From positions 22,055-55,632 of the forward strand of contig NW_025214935.1 in the NCBI RefSeq assembly GCF_004010195.1: a stretch of DNA of 33,578 nt, in the 5' to 3' direction. Position numbers and translations under genes: made by a program. The notes under the pieces were generated by a model. The model saw nothing but the letters and a program-made list of their open reading frames with translations. It did not search any database and was not told the DNA's origin. This stretch comes from Chiloscyllium plagiosum. Its lineage: Eukaryota. Numbering within the stretch: the stretch's first letter is position 1; each line of letters begins with the position of its first letter. Below, piece by piece: positions 1-11,765 of the stretch.

Positions 1-384
1 CTTCTATCTATCACCTTCTCAGCCTCTCAAATAATCCTCAGTTCATCCAACTCCAGTTCCAGTTCCCTAACTCGTTCTGTGAGGAGCAGGATCTGACTGC
101 ATTTCCTGCAGATGAAGTCAGCAGGAGTATTGGTGGTCTCCCCTACCTCAAACATCCGGCAGGAGGAACATTCCACTGCCTGCGCTGCCATTACTCTACA
201 CTTCGTCTCAAAGCAAGAACACTAAGAAGCTTACCTGTGAAATTTAAAGTTATGTTAGAGGAGGAGGATGGGAGGGAGGCCCTACTATGTAGGGCCTGGG
301 GTATAGAACACACCCACTCAAATATCAATCACTTACCTTCCCGACCAGCTCTGCGCTCCAACCTCACTTCCGCCCAGCACGCGC
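1..384 (-). mobile_element. CR1 LINE 5' end: 5'UTR plus N-terminus of ORF1 (zinc finger/leucine zipper), running off the left edge
   Basis: ATG at 191-189 translates MAAQAVECSSCRMFEVGETTNTPADFICRKCSQILLLTERVRELELELDELRII*EAEKVIDR. The CxxC...CxxC followed by a heptad repeat is typical of CR1 ORF1p. There is an in-frame TGA at 29-27. Confidence 0.85.
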
Positions 385-3078
385 TCATTCATCAGAAACT
401 AACATAACTCATTTGTTCAGAATGAAACTCATAGACTAAAACAAACTGCCTGCATTCATTGAATGACACAGAGTGTACGAGGTAATTCATTGAGATGAGA
501 CTCTCTCGAGATTGACGCATTCTCGAGATTGAAAAAAAATGAATGAGAGGAGCTCGCCTCATTGAATTAACACGTGGCATCTGTTTCATTGAATGACTGA
601 GTGCAGTTTGATTCATTGAATGAAAGAATGCAGTTGGATTCACTATACAAATGAGTTATATTAGTTTCATTGAATCATTGATTAACGTTTGAATCATTGA
701 ATCAATTATTCAAGTTTAATTCAATGATTGAATGAATGCAGTTTGTTTCATTGATTGAATGCGTTAATCTCGAGACTTTGGCTGAATGAGAGAGTCTCAT
801 CTCATTGAATTACCTCGTAGACTCTGTGTCATTCAATGAATGCAGGCAGTTTGTTTTATTCTATGAGTGAATGCTGTTGGATTCACTAAACAAATGAGTT
901 ATGTTAGTTTCATTGAAACAAGGAATAAAGTCCGATTCATTGAAAGAATTATTGAAGTTTGTTTCAATGATTGAATGAATTGCAGTTTGTTACATTGAAT
1001 GAAAGCATCAGGATAGAGACTAAATTAATGAGAGAAGCTCTACTCATTGAATTAAAACGTGCAGTCCGTTTCATTGAATCAATGCTTGCAGTTTGTTTTA
1101 CTGAATGAATGGGAAAATCTCTACACATTGGATGAGCACGAGCAGTGTGGTTCATTGAATAAATGAGTGCAGTTTGATTCATTGATTGAATGCAGTTGGA
1201 TTCACTAAACAAATGAGTTAAGTTTGTTTCAAAGAATCAATGAATAACAAGGTTGACACAATGTTTGAATAATTGCAGTTTGTTTGACTGAATGAAAGCG
1301 TAAAGCTCAAGACATGGACAAAAAAAGAGAAGCTGTTCTCATTGAATAAACAAGAGCAGTCAGTTTCATTGAATGAATGATAGAATTTGAAAGCTCGAGA
1401 TTTTGAATAAATGGGAGAAGCTCTACTCATTATATTAACGCGTGCAGTCTGATTCATTCTATGAACGTGTGAAATTTGTTTAATTGAATGAATGCGTTAC
1501 ACTCTCATTGTACACTTTGAAATAACTCTTATTGTTTAATTGAATGAATGCGTTGCACTCGTGGCTTTGAATGAATGAGAGAAGTTCTACTCTGAAATAA
1601 CACGTGCAGTTTGTCTCATTGATTTAATGAGTTACGCTTCCTTCTTTGAATGTGGGAGAGAAGCTCTCTTCAATGAATTAACACGTGACGTCTGTTTCAG
1701 TGAATGGTTGTGTGCAGTTTGTTTCATTAAATGAATAGTAGAATTTGATTCAATGACTGAATGCACACGGTTTGTTCAAATGAGTGAAAGCGTTAATCTC
1801 GAGATTTTGAATAAATGAGAGAAGCTTTTTTTTCATTGACTTAAGACATTGAATGACAGAGTGCAGTGTGTTTCATTGTATGAAAGAAGGAATAAAGTGT
1901 GCAGTTGGATTCCCTAAACAACGTAGTTATGTTTGTTTCAAATAATCATGGGCAATGTCTGATTTATAGGATCAATGATTGTAGTTTGACACATTGTTTG
2001 AATGCATGCAGTTTGTTTCACTGAATGAATGAAAAACGTACTGCGCATTGGATTAGCACGTGCAGTGTGGTTCATTGAATGAAAGAGTGTAGTTTGTTTC
2101 ATTGAATGAATGAATGCATTTGGATTCACTAAACATTGAGGTAGGTTTTTTCATTGAATTAATGAATAACGTTTGATTTATTGAATCAGTGATTGAAGTT
2201 TACTTCAATGATTGAATGAATGCAGTTAGTTTCATTGATTGAAAGCGTTAAGCTCGAGACATTGGCTGAATGAGAGAAGCTCAACTCAATGAATTAATAC
2301 GTGCAGTCTGTTTCATTGAATGAGTGCATGCTGTTTGTTTCATTGTATGAGTGAATGAGGTTGAATTCACGAAACAAATGAGTTAAGTTTGTTTCAAAGA
2401 ATCAATGAATAACAAGGTTGACACAATGTTTGAATAAGTGCAGTTTGTTTGACTGAATGAAAGCGTAAAGCTCGAGACCAGGAAGAAAAAAGAGAATCTC
2501 TACTCTCATTGAATAAACTCGTGCAGTCAGTTTCATTGAATGAATGATAGAATTTGAAAGCTCGAAAGTTTGAATAAATGAGAGATGCTCTACTCATTCT
2601 ATTAACGCGGGCTGTCTGTTTCATTCTATGAACGTGTGTAGTTTGTTTAATTGAATGAATGCGTTACACTCTCAATAATGAATGAGAGTAGTTGTAACTC
2701 TGTAAAAACATGTGCAGTATGTTTCATTGATTTAATGAGGTACGCTTGCCACATTGAATGAATGAGAGGAGCTCGCCTCATTGAATTAACTCGTGGCATC
2801 TGTTTCATTGAATGACTGGGTGCAGTTTGATTCATTGAATGAAAGAATGCAGTTGGCTTCACTAAACAAATGAGTTTTGATAGTTTCATTGAAACAAGGA
2901 ATAAAGTTCGATTCATTGAATCAACTATTGAAGTTTGTTTCAATGATTGAATGAATTGCAGTTTGTTACATTGAATGAAAGCATCAGGATAGAGGCACTA
3001 AATTAATGAGAGAAGCTCAACTCATTGAATTAACACGTGCAGTCCGTTTCATTGAATTAATGCTTGCAGTTTGTTTTA
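385..3078. repeat. AT-rich satellite DNA with ~24-bp subunits and higher-order structure
   Basis: Recurrent GTGCAGTTTGTTTCATTGAATGAA-like units. The marker (A)TTCACTAAACAAATGAG recurs near 638, 881, 1200, 2124, 2366 and 2858. Blocks ~880-1100 and ~2859-3078 are similar to each other, as are ~1200-1510 and ~2366-2675. Confidence 0.92.
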
Positions 3079-3578
3079 NNNNNNNNNNNNNNNNNNNNNN
3101 NNNNNNNNNNNNNNNNNNNNNNNNNNNNNNNNNNNNNNNNNNNNNNNNNNNNNNNNNNNNNNNNNNNNNNNNNNNNNNNNNNNNNNNNNNNNNNNNNNNN
3201 NNNNNNNNNNNNNNNNNNNNNNNNNNNNNNNNNNNNNNNNNNNNNNNNNNNNNNNNNNNNNNNNNNNNNNNNNNNNNNNNNNNNNNNNNNNNNNNNNNNN
3301 NNNNNNNNNNNNNNNNNNNNNNNNNNNNNNNNNNNNNNNNNNNNNNNNNNNNNNNNNNNNNNNNNNNNNNNNNNNNNNNNNNNNNNNNNNNNNNNNNNNN
3401 NNNNNNNNNNNNNNNNNNNNNNNNNNNNNNNNNNNNNNNNNNNNNNNNNNNNNNNNNNNNNNNNNNNNNNNNNNNNNNNNNNNNNNNNNNNNNNNNNNNN
3501 NNNNNNNNNNNNNNNNNNNNNNNNNNNNNNNNNNNNNNNNNNNNNNNNNNNNNNNNNNNNNNNNNNNNNNNNNNNNNN
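3079..3578. other. Assembly gap (500 N)
   Basis: Run of N characters. Confidence 1.
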
Positions 3579-4795
3579 TAATTGTCCCCTCGTGCTCGCT
3601 ATCACCATACTTGGAAAAAAGGCTCTCCCTGTTCACCCTATCTAAACCTCCTGATTATCTTATATGTCTCTATTAAGTCATCTCTCTAACGAAAACAGCC
3701 TCAAGTCCCTCAGCCTTTCCTCATAAGACCTTCCCTCCATACCAGGCAACATCCTAGTAAATCTCCTTTGCACCCTTTCCAAAGCTTCCACAACGTTTTT
3801 ATAACGCGGTGACCAGAACTGTACACAATACTCCAAGTGCGGCCACACCAGAGTTTTGTACAGCTGTAGCATAACCTCCTGGTTCCGGAACTCAATCCCT
3901 CTATTAATAAAAGCTAATGTATGGCTTCGTAACAACTATGTCAAGCTGGGTGGACACCGAGATCTCTCTGCTCATCTACACTACCAAGAATCTTACCATT
4001 AACCTAGTACTTTGCATTCCGGTTACTCCAACCAAAGTGAATCACCTCACACTTGTCCGCATTAAACTCCATTTGTCACCTCTCAGCCCAGCTCTACAGC
4101 TTATCTATGTCTCTCTGTAACCAACAACATCCTTCATCGCTATCCACAACTCCACCGACCTTAGTGTCATCTGCACATTTACTAACCACACTTCTACGCC
4201 CTCATCCAGCTCGTTTATAAAAATGACGAACAGCAGTAGACCCAACACCAACCCTTGTGGTACACCACTGGTAACTGGACTCCAGGATGAGCATTTCCCA
4301 TCAACTACCACCCTCTGTCTTCTTTCAGCAAGCCAATTACTGATCTAAACTGCTATATCTCCCACAATCCTATTCTTCCGCATATTGTACAATAGCCTAT
4401 TGTGAGGACCTTATCGAACGCCTTGCTGAAATCCATATACACCACATCAACCAGTTTACTTACCTGTTTGGTCAATAAGGTTTGTGAGGCATGGCCTAAC
4501 CTTCACAAAACCATGCTGACTATCCCTAATCAAATTATTCTTTTCTCGATGATTATAAATCCTACCTCTTATAACCTTTACCAATACTTTACCAACAACT
4601 GAAGTAAGGCTCACTGGTCTATAATTACCAGGATTGTCTCTACTCCTCTTCTTGAACAGGGGAACCACATATGCTATCCTCCAGTCATCTGGCACTATCC
4701 CTGTAGGCAATGACGATTTAAAGATCAATGCCAAAGGCTTGGCAATCTCCTGCCTGGCTTCCCAGAGGATCCTAGGATAAATCCCATCTGGCCCT
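3579..4795 (-). mobile_element. CR1 LINE ORF2 (reverse transcriptase) fragment, degraded
   Basis: GPDGIYPRILWE, PDDWRIAYVVPLFKK..DNPGNYRPVSLTSVVGKV, QHGFVK, SGVPQG.VLG, PHLEYCVQFWSP, LERVQRRFTRMLPG; stops, frameshifts and internal deletions. Confidence 0.95.
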
Positions 4796-4989
4796 GTTAG
4801 TAAACATTCTTCGCCTATTTGTAATCTAGCTGAGCAAAGAACTGATTTAAATAAAAATACTGATTTAACCACTCCAGTAATGGACAGTATACTAAGGTAG
4901 CAAAGGTGCCTGCAGAATTACAAATTAAATATTTTAATGGAATGAACCTCAGTGACCTCGAAGTGATCATAACACTTTAAATTAAATGT

Positions 4990-5222
4990 AAAAGAAAACA
5001 ATGAACTTTGGATGCTGGAAATCTGAAACACTGACAGAAATTCCTAAAGAAACTCAGCGAATCTAATAGCATCAGTGGAGAGAAAGCAAAGTGAATATTT
5101 TGAGTCCAATGACCCTTTTTTAGGGTCAAAGTGACTCTAAGTCACTTGACTTAGTGGTAATTCTGGCTTTTCTTGAGAGATTGCTACCTGACCAGCTGTG
5201 TTTCTCCAGCAATTTCTGTTAT
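4990..5222. mobile_element. Degenerate fold-back element derived from Penelope terminal repeat
   Basis: Imperfect inverted arms ACAGAAATTCCTAAAGAAACTCAGC..(5034-) and ..GCTGTGTTTCTCCAGCAATTTCTGT (-5219), with a central hairpin TGACCC..GGGTCA at 5110-5128. The right arm resembles the GATGCTGCCTGACCTGCTG tail at ~31890. Confidence 0.6.
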
Positions 5223-5284
5223 GTCGTTGAAGTAGACATATTTGCCAGTACCGAAACAGTACAGAATACAACAGGATTCAACAG

Positions 5285-5575
5285 TCTGATAATAAAAGGG
5301 GGTGGTTAGACAAGCTCTGAGATTTTCTTTAGTGTATGGGAGACTGAGGGTGGGGATCTTATAAAAGTGGATAAGAACATGAGAGGCATGGATAGAGTGA
5401 ATGCACTCAGTCTTTTTCCCAGGGTTGGCGAATCGCGGACAAAAAAACAACAGTTTAAGGTTGAAGGGGACAGAATAAAAGGGAACCTGAGGGGCAACGT
5501 TTTTACACCAACAATGTCATCCATATAGAATGAGCTGCCAGTGGAAGTTGTTGAAGTGGGTACATTAATAACATT
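5285..5575 (+). mobile_element. CR1 LINE 3' fragment
   Basis: Matches the CR1 ORF2 C-terminal region (GAGACTGAGGG..ATGAGAGGCATGGATAG..GGAACCTGAGGGGCAAC..GAATGAGCTGCCAG) seen in other copies in the window. Confidence 0.8.
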
Positions 5576-6440
5576 TTTTAAAATATAGTTTTATTGAAAA
5601 ATACTTTTTTTAATGTTATAACAAATCCAAAACAGTACAAAGAAAAAGCACAGAACAATATTCGTGTATAAATATATATATATATTCATAATAGGAGAAG
5701 AAAAGAAATGGCCCCACTAAATACATAAAAAACAACTAACCACTAACTAACAAATAACAATAATAATATGGCTCAGCGAGACAAAACACTAGCTCTCGAC
5801 CATTGAGAGCATTAATTTATACATAATGTTCGTAATTCTTCCTCTCTGGGTACTAGATTCATGAAAACACACACACGTCATGGCTGTTTAAAAGCCCTTA
5901 TTAATGTAGCAGACAAATCTGTGTCCAGGTTGTCCACAAAGGGCAGCTATGTCTTATAGAAATTCTCAATTTTATGGTGCACCATACTTGTGAGAAAATC
6001 CAAAGGGATGTGTTCCATGACTAGTTTACGCCAGCCCAACAACCCTGGGGGATTTTCAGACTCCCACCTGAACAGAATGTTTTCTCTTGTGTAAAAAAAC
6101 AAGGATCTGAGAAGGTTTTTTTTTGTGCCAGTCTGAAGGAAGTACATGAGCCAGGCCAAGAGGAAGAGTTACCTGGTCCATCTCTACTCTGTCCCCAAGA
6201 TCCTCTGTATTGCATGTACTATAGCACTCCAGTATGTCCAGAGCCTGTGACAAGACCAGAGACAATGAGTGAGAGTGCATATTCATTTTGTATTGGGGCA
6301 TATTGAAGATACTCCCACTTTAAATTTTGAGATGATCTAGAGCCAAGTGGACCTTGTGGAGAATCTTCAATTGCAAGACATGGGTCCCATTGCAAATCGA
6401 GGTCCTTCTTGCGTTTTCCCAGATATCTTCCCATGTTTCG
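5576..6440 (-). mobile_element. L1-clade LINE 3' end (ORF2 C-terminal Cys-rich region, 3'UTR, A-rich tail)
   Basis: Minus-strand frames give ..SHCLWSC.., ENPPGLLGWRKLVMEHIPLDFLTSMVHHKIENFYKT. AATAAA and an A-rich tail lie at ~5575-5612 on the minus strand. Confidence 0.75.
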
Positions 6441-6453
6441 GAGGTGACTTGGT

Positions 6454-6655
6454 GAAATAACTCCACAGACGATGATATCCCATCACCAAGTCACCCTTTA
6501 TTTACATGGGAATAGTCCTTGACATTGCTCCAATTCTGTCTGAGTGTCAAGATGTCTGGCACTTTGTTTTAAGCCAGAGCTCCGTGATTGGAGCAGATTA
6601 ACAGCCCCAACCAGGGAGCTCTTATTCTGTGAGGTCTAGCTGGCTGACTTGGGTT
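6454..6655 (-). mobile_element. Probable LTR fragment (Gypsy-type solo LTR 3' part)
   Basis: Minus strand reads TGTAAATAAAGGGTGACTTGGTGATGGGATATC..GAGTTATTTCA: a polyA signal ~50 bp before a terminal CA. Family assignment is from memory of similar shark repeats. Confidence 0.45.
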
Positions 6656-6659
6656 CTCA

Positions 6660-6755
6660 GGACATACCTTCCAATTTTGCAGATACCACACAAATTGACA
6701 ATATAGTGACCAGGGAAGAGAATCGTAGCAGACTTTAGGAAGATACAGACAGAAG
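6660..6755 (+). mobile_element. Short old CR1 RT fragment
   Basis: TCCAATTTTGCAGATACCACACAAATTG resembles the SKFADDTKIG motif. Confidence 0.55.
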
Positions 6756-7084
6756 CTGTTTACAGTTGGTCTGAGGATGAAAGTGCTCCAAAGTGTTCCT
6801 GATGTTTTTGCAATAAAAACACTCGAAGCAAGACTTCTGAAAGAAAAGGAGAGAGAGAAAGACTCCTGTGCATTGTCTTTGTCATTTCTCCCTCAATGTG
6901 GTTCTGAACATGGAAAATAGATGTGACAGCAGCGAGGCGTGGTGAGGGTGGAAATTATTGGAAATCACTAGGAGGTGACCTTGCCCACATTTCATCTGAT
7001 TCAATAAAATTTTATTGGGATCGGAGTGGATACAAATCTGGGATTAATCTGACAATGGGGCAAATTTCCCAAGCATGTTCTAAT

Positions 7085-7830
7085 GCATCAACAGCAGGAA
7101 AACCTCATCCTAACCATTTGCCACCTCATCTGTATACTCTCCATGATGGAAATGATCACTATCAAGCAAAGTTATGATATGCTCAAAGGCTGTCAGTATA
7201 GTTTCAGACAGGGCCAGTTACCTCCTGAACTCATTAAAACTTGGTGCAGACATGGAAAAGGGCGACAAATTCCAGAGGTGAAGTGAGAGTGACTGCCCTT
7301 GACCCAACCATCGTCAGCTGCTTCTTTGTTCCATCAGATGCTCGCTAACGGTTGCAAAATGAACAGCACCATTTGGAGCTCCTCAATTCCTGAAGCAGTC
7401 CATATCCAAATGGTGCAAGACCTAGACAATGCTCATGCCACATGAATACCAGTCAATGACAATCTCGAGCAAGTTCCTTGTATTTTTAATAGCATTATTG
7501 ATTTTAATTTCCTGATAGTTACCACTGATCAGAAACTGAACAGGTTTCTGAACTGAACCAAACAAATCCTGTGGCTCCAAGAGCAGTTCAGATGCTGGGA
7601 ATAAGTTGCTGCTGACCACTTTCCATTCCCTATTGCCCAGAGCTTCCTCAGCATCAACAAGGCATAAGTTGGGAGTGTGATGGAACTCTCTCCACTTGCC
7701 TGGATGATTGCACCTCCAACAACACTCAAGAGGATTGTCAAGATCCAGACCAAACCAGCCCCTTGATTGGTCCCACATTCACAAACACACACTCCTTCCA
7801 CCATCAATGCTCACTGTGTCAAGTGCGATC
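7085..7830 (+). mobile_element. Old CR1/L2-like LINE RT fragment
   Basis: Degenerate counterpart of 25660-26450 (GAGGTGAAGTGAGAGTGACTGCCCTTGAC, GCAAGACCTAGACAA, GTGTGATGGAACTCTCTCCACTTGCCTGGATG). Confidence 0.7.
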
Positions 7831-7944
7831 TCCTGTAGCTCCTCATTTGGCTTTGGAGCTGTATTCTGGGTAGTTTAATCGATTTTGTTTGTCCACCTCC
7901 AGTCCACTCAGACTCTCCAATGGAGGAGGATATTGTACACTTTT

Positions 7945-8222
7945 GATTAGATTACGTACAGTGTGGAAACAGGCCCTTTGGCTCACCTAGTCCACACCGA
8001 CCCGCCAAAGAGAAACCCACCTCTGACTAAAGCACCTTACACTATAGGCAATTTAACATGGCCAATTCACCTGACCTACGCACCTTTGGACTGTGGGAGG
8101 AAACCGGAGCACCCGGAGGAAACCCACGCAGACACAGAGAGAATGTGCAAACTCCACACAGACAGTCACCTGAGGCTGGAATCGAACCTGGGACCCTGGT
8201 GCTGTGAGCCACTGTGCCACCC
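7945..8222 (-). mobile_element. tRNA-derived SINE (HE1/V-SINE type)
   Basis: Minus strand has an A-box GGTGGCACAGTGG, a B-box GGTTCGATTCC, the core GTGTGGAGTTTGCACATTCTC, and a tail GTTTCCACACTGTA..(TAATC)n. Confidence 0.9.
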
Positions 8223-8956
8223 ATTTTGGGGATTCAGAGTGACTTTGACATGCGATGGGTGTATGATGGAGGAACTATAGGGAGGAGGGGAGGGGCACAG
8301 TTCAGGGTGGTGAAGTTGCACAGGGAAGGCCAATTGGAGAGGGTTTATGGACAGGGTGGTGCATGATTGGGAGACTGCAAATTCAGCGAATTAAACATCT
8401 GATCAGTGTCAGGTTGAAATAGCAATTGATCAGCCAGAGGTATTTACAAAAACACGCATAATCCAAACACAGCTTATTGAATGAACACATAATCCTTGAT
8501 CAATATACCCATCAGTAATATAGAAACATAGACACACACACACTTACTGTGCAGTGTGTACACTTTCTGAAATAATAAATCAAATCTTGTATCCAATGGA
8601 TGGTTTTGTTCTTGAAGTGGAAAGTAAGACATTAGAAACGGAGTATTAACATCATCTCGTTCTGTTTTGTGGATCTTGAAGATAGTGCCCAAGACAAGTG
8701 CATTTCCCTGTGTGGTCTTGGCAGACACAGGCTGCTCAGTAATTAAAATGTTGGAAAGGTCTTTCAGACACTCCTTAAGAAGGACAAGTCAATTTGCCCC
8801 TGAACTCAGAAGAGAGTGTTTCAGAAACAGGAAAGATCAGCTGCTCAGTTTTATCACAGCCTCCTTGTCCCTTCACTAATTGGAGATAACAGAAGCACTC
8901 TCTGCTAGTCCTGTGCCAACAAGCCCAACTGCATCCTAAAGCACAGTCTGGTCTAG

Positions 8957-9072
8957 CGTGTAGGTTTGCTTGCTGAGCTGTAGGTTTGATATCCAGGCGT
9001 TTCATTACCTGGCTAGGTAACATCATCAGTGGCGACCTTCAAGTGAAGCGAAGCTGTTGTCTCCTGCTTTCG
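8957..9072 (-). mobile_element. Penelope terminal-repeat fragment
   Basis: Similar to the Penelope ends at 11389-11560 and 22276-22440; carries a hammerhead motif. Confidence 0.7.
8993..9032 (-). ncRNA. Minimal type I hammerhead ribozyme motif (cleavage triplet mutated GUC>GCC)
   Basis: CCA-CUGAUGA-U-GUUACCU-agcc-AGGUAAU-GAAA-CGCC-UGG: both core boxes, 7-bp stem II, 3-bp stem I. Confidence 0.75.
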
Positions 9073-9734
9073 GTCTTCAGTTCTCCAGGATTTTCCCTGC
9101 CATTGGCTCCAGACCTCCCTCTGTTGGGACCATGTGGTGGTTGGTCTGCAGTGACCACTCCACATTAAAGGAATCCACAAACTGGCAGCTTCCATCCCAA
9201 CCCTGCTCAACCCCAAATGAATCTGGGAGCTGGAACATCAGGAACCTGATGGATAACACCAACACCAATAGACCTGAATGTTACACTGCTGCAATCACTC
9301 ATAACAACATTGACATCACTGCAGTGAGTGGGATATGACTGGCAGGAGAAAGCCAACTTAAATAACAAGGTGGCGGTTACACCTTCTTTAGGGAAAGCAA
9401 ACTCAGAACACTGCCTCTAGGGAATCAACTTCACCATGAGAAAGAAACTAGTCAGACATCCCAACAAATCCCTCTGTGGGGTAAATGAGCTCCTCATGAC
9501 CCTCTGACACACCCTAAGCCAGAAGCAGTACATCACAGCCATCAGTGCCTCTGCCCTGAATCTCGACACAATGGAGGAGACAAAAGACTCGACTATCGCT
9601 ATCCCGCTGAAGGAAGTATTTCTCAGGCAGTGCCTCACAACCGACCTGCTGATGACCAAGATATGTGAGTCACAGAATGCTCATGGCATCTGGTCCACCC
9701 TAAACTCCGCCCCAGTCAGCAGCTGTGTGGAGAC

Positions 9735-10630
9735 CCTAAGCCTCTTGACCGGGGAAGTCCCCAGTGCCAGATGGGATCTATCCCAGGTTACTGCAAGAGA
9801 CAATGGAAGAAATAGCTGGGACATTGGCAGATATCTTCATATCCTATTTAACCACAGGCGACTGGGGATTAACCAATCTTGTTCCAGAAGCAGGGATAAT
9901 CCAGAAAATTATAGGCCGGTAAGCCTGAGGCCGGTAAGCCGGGAAGCTCTTAGAGAAGATACTGAGGAACAAGACAGATGCACATTTGGAAATAATGGAC
10001 GAGTTAGTGACAGACAGCATGGTTTTGTACACAGAAGGCCATGTCTCACTAACCTGATTGAATTTTTTGAAGAGTCAACAATGATAATTGATGGGGGAAG
10101 GGCTGTGGATGTAGCTTATGTGGACTTTAGCAAGGCATTTGATAAGTCCCATATGGCATTGGTACAAAAACTAAAATCACATGTGATGCGGGTGGGCTGG
10201 CTGGAGGGATACAAAACTGGCTTGGTCATAGAAGACACATTGTAATGCTGGAAGGGTGCTGTTCAGATTGGAGACTTGTAACTAGTAGTGTTCCACAAGG
10301 ATCAGTCTTCGGCCCTCTGCTGTTTGTAGTTTATACAAATGACCTGAAGGAAAATATATGGATGATCTGTTAGTAAGTTTGTAGATCACATGAAGATTGG
10401 TGGAGTTGCTGATAGGGCTGATGATTGTGAAAGCATACAGCAGGATATAGATAGATTGGTGACCTGGGCACAGAAATGGCATGCAGAGTTTCATCCAGAC
10501 AAATGCAAGGCGATACATTTTGGAGGATCAAATCTAGGTGTGAATTATACTATAAATGGCAGAAGCCTCAGGAGCATTAGCACACAGACGGAATTGGGTG
10601 TGCAGGTCCACAGTTTCCTAGGTTAAGAAG
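9735..10630 (+). mobile_element. CR1 LINE ORF2 RT fragment
   Basis: DNPENYRPVSL, QHGFVHRRPCLTNLIEFFEE, AVDVAYVDFSKAFDK, QQDIDRLVTWAQKW. Confidence 0.93.
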
Positions 10631-11388
10631 GCATAAAGAGAGACTGAAAGAGAGAGCTTAGAAGAGCCAGGAGGGGACATGAGAAGTCTTTGGCAGGTAG
10701 GATCAAGGAAAACCCTAAAGCTTTCTATACATATAGAATAGATAAAAAATGAGGAGAGTAAGATTAGGGCCAGAGAAAGGCAGTAGTGGAAAGTTGTGCG
10801 TGAAGTCTGAGGAGATAGGAGAGGAGCTAACTTAATATTTTTCTTCAGTACTCACACTGGAAAAAGACAATATTGTCGAGGAGAATACTGAGATACAGGC
10901 TATTAGACTCAATGAGGTTGAAGTTCACAAGGAAGAGGTGTTAGCAGCTCTGGAAAATAGATACGTCTCCTGGGATGGATGGGATTTTTCCTGGGAAAAA
11001 TCCTTTGGGAAGCTAAGGAGGAGATTTCAGAGCATTTGACTTTGATCTTCGTGTCATCATTGTCTAGAGGAATAGTGCCAGAAGACTGGAGGATAGCAAA
11101 TGTTGTTCCCTTGTTCAAGAAGGGGAGTAGAAACAACCCTGATAATTATAGACTAGTGAGCCTTACTTTGTGGGTTAAGTGTTGGAAAGGGTTAGAAGAA
11201 ATAGGATTTATAGTCATATGGAAAGGAATCATTTGATTAGGGATAGTCAGTACGGTTTTGTGAAGGGCAGGTCATGCGTCACAAACCTTTTCAAGTTGTT
11301 TGAGAAGGTGACCAAACAGGTAGATGAGGGTAAAGCAGTTAATGTGGTGGAAATGGATTTCAGTAAAGTGTTTGATAAGGTTCCCCAT

Positions 11389-11765
11389 TCAAAGTTTGTG
11401 AGAAGATTTGTAGCTCGGGTGCTCATTGTTGTGGTTCTGTTCGCCGAGCTGGAAGTTTTTGTTGCAAACATTTCGTCCCCTGGTTAGGCGACATCATCAG
11501 TGCTTGGGAGCCTCCTGCGAAGTGCTTCTTTGATGTTTCCTCCGGTGTTTATAGTGGTCTGTCCCTGCCGCTTCTGGTTGTCAGTTTCAGCTGTCCGCTG
11601 TAGTGGTTGGTATATTGGGTCCAGGTCGATGTGTTTGTTGATGGAGTTTGTGGATGAATGCCATGCCTCTAGGAATTCCCTGGCTGTTCTCTGTCTGGCT
11701 TGCCCTCAACTGGGACAACACTACTATCATAGGGCAAGCCAGACAGAGAACAGCCAGGGAATTCC
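11389..11765 (-). mobile_element. 5'-truncated Penelope element (GIY-YIG C-terminus plus terminal repeat) with inverted end and 12-bp TSD
   Basis: Minus strand reads GQARQRTAREFLEAWHSSTNSINKHIDLDPIYQPL. AAGGTTCCCCAT is duplicated at 11377-11388 and 11766-11777. A perfect 35-bp inverted repeat lies at 11672-11706 / 11731-11765. Confidence 0.88.
11464..11503 (-). ncRNA. Minimal type I hammerhead ribozyme motif
   Basis: GCA-CUGAUGA-U-GUCgCC-uaaccag-GGGAC-GAAA-UGUU-UGC. Confidence 0.78.

Larger units (their letters stand above)
8890..9620 (+). mobile_element. RTE-clade LINE 5' part (AP endonuclease N-terminus), degraded
   Basis: GSWNIRNLMDNTNTNRPE..IDITAVS..AGESQLK.QGGGYTF matches the RTE/BovB-type endonuclease start (TWNVRTL..RPERRTA..DIAALSET..GYTFFW). 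The left boundary is uncertain. Confidence 0.75.

Noticed and set aside
392..2943. Several mutually similar minus-strand ORFs (MNQTA..HSM..)
   Set aside because: They are translations of the satellite; their similarity reflects the DNA repeat.
385..3078. CRISPR-like repeat/spacer array
   Set aside because: The intervening sequences are themselves diverged repeats, there are no unique spacers or cas genes, and the context is vertebrate.
3006..3676. Long ORFs spanning the gap
   Set aside because: Artefacts of N runs.
9571..10245. 224-aa ORF
   Set aside because: A chance fusion of RTE remnant, linker and frameshifted CR1 RT.
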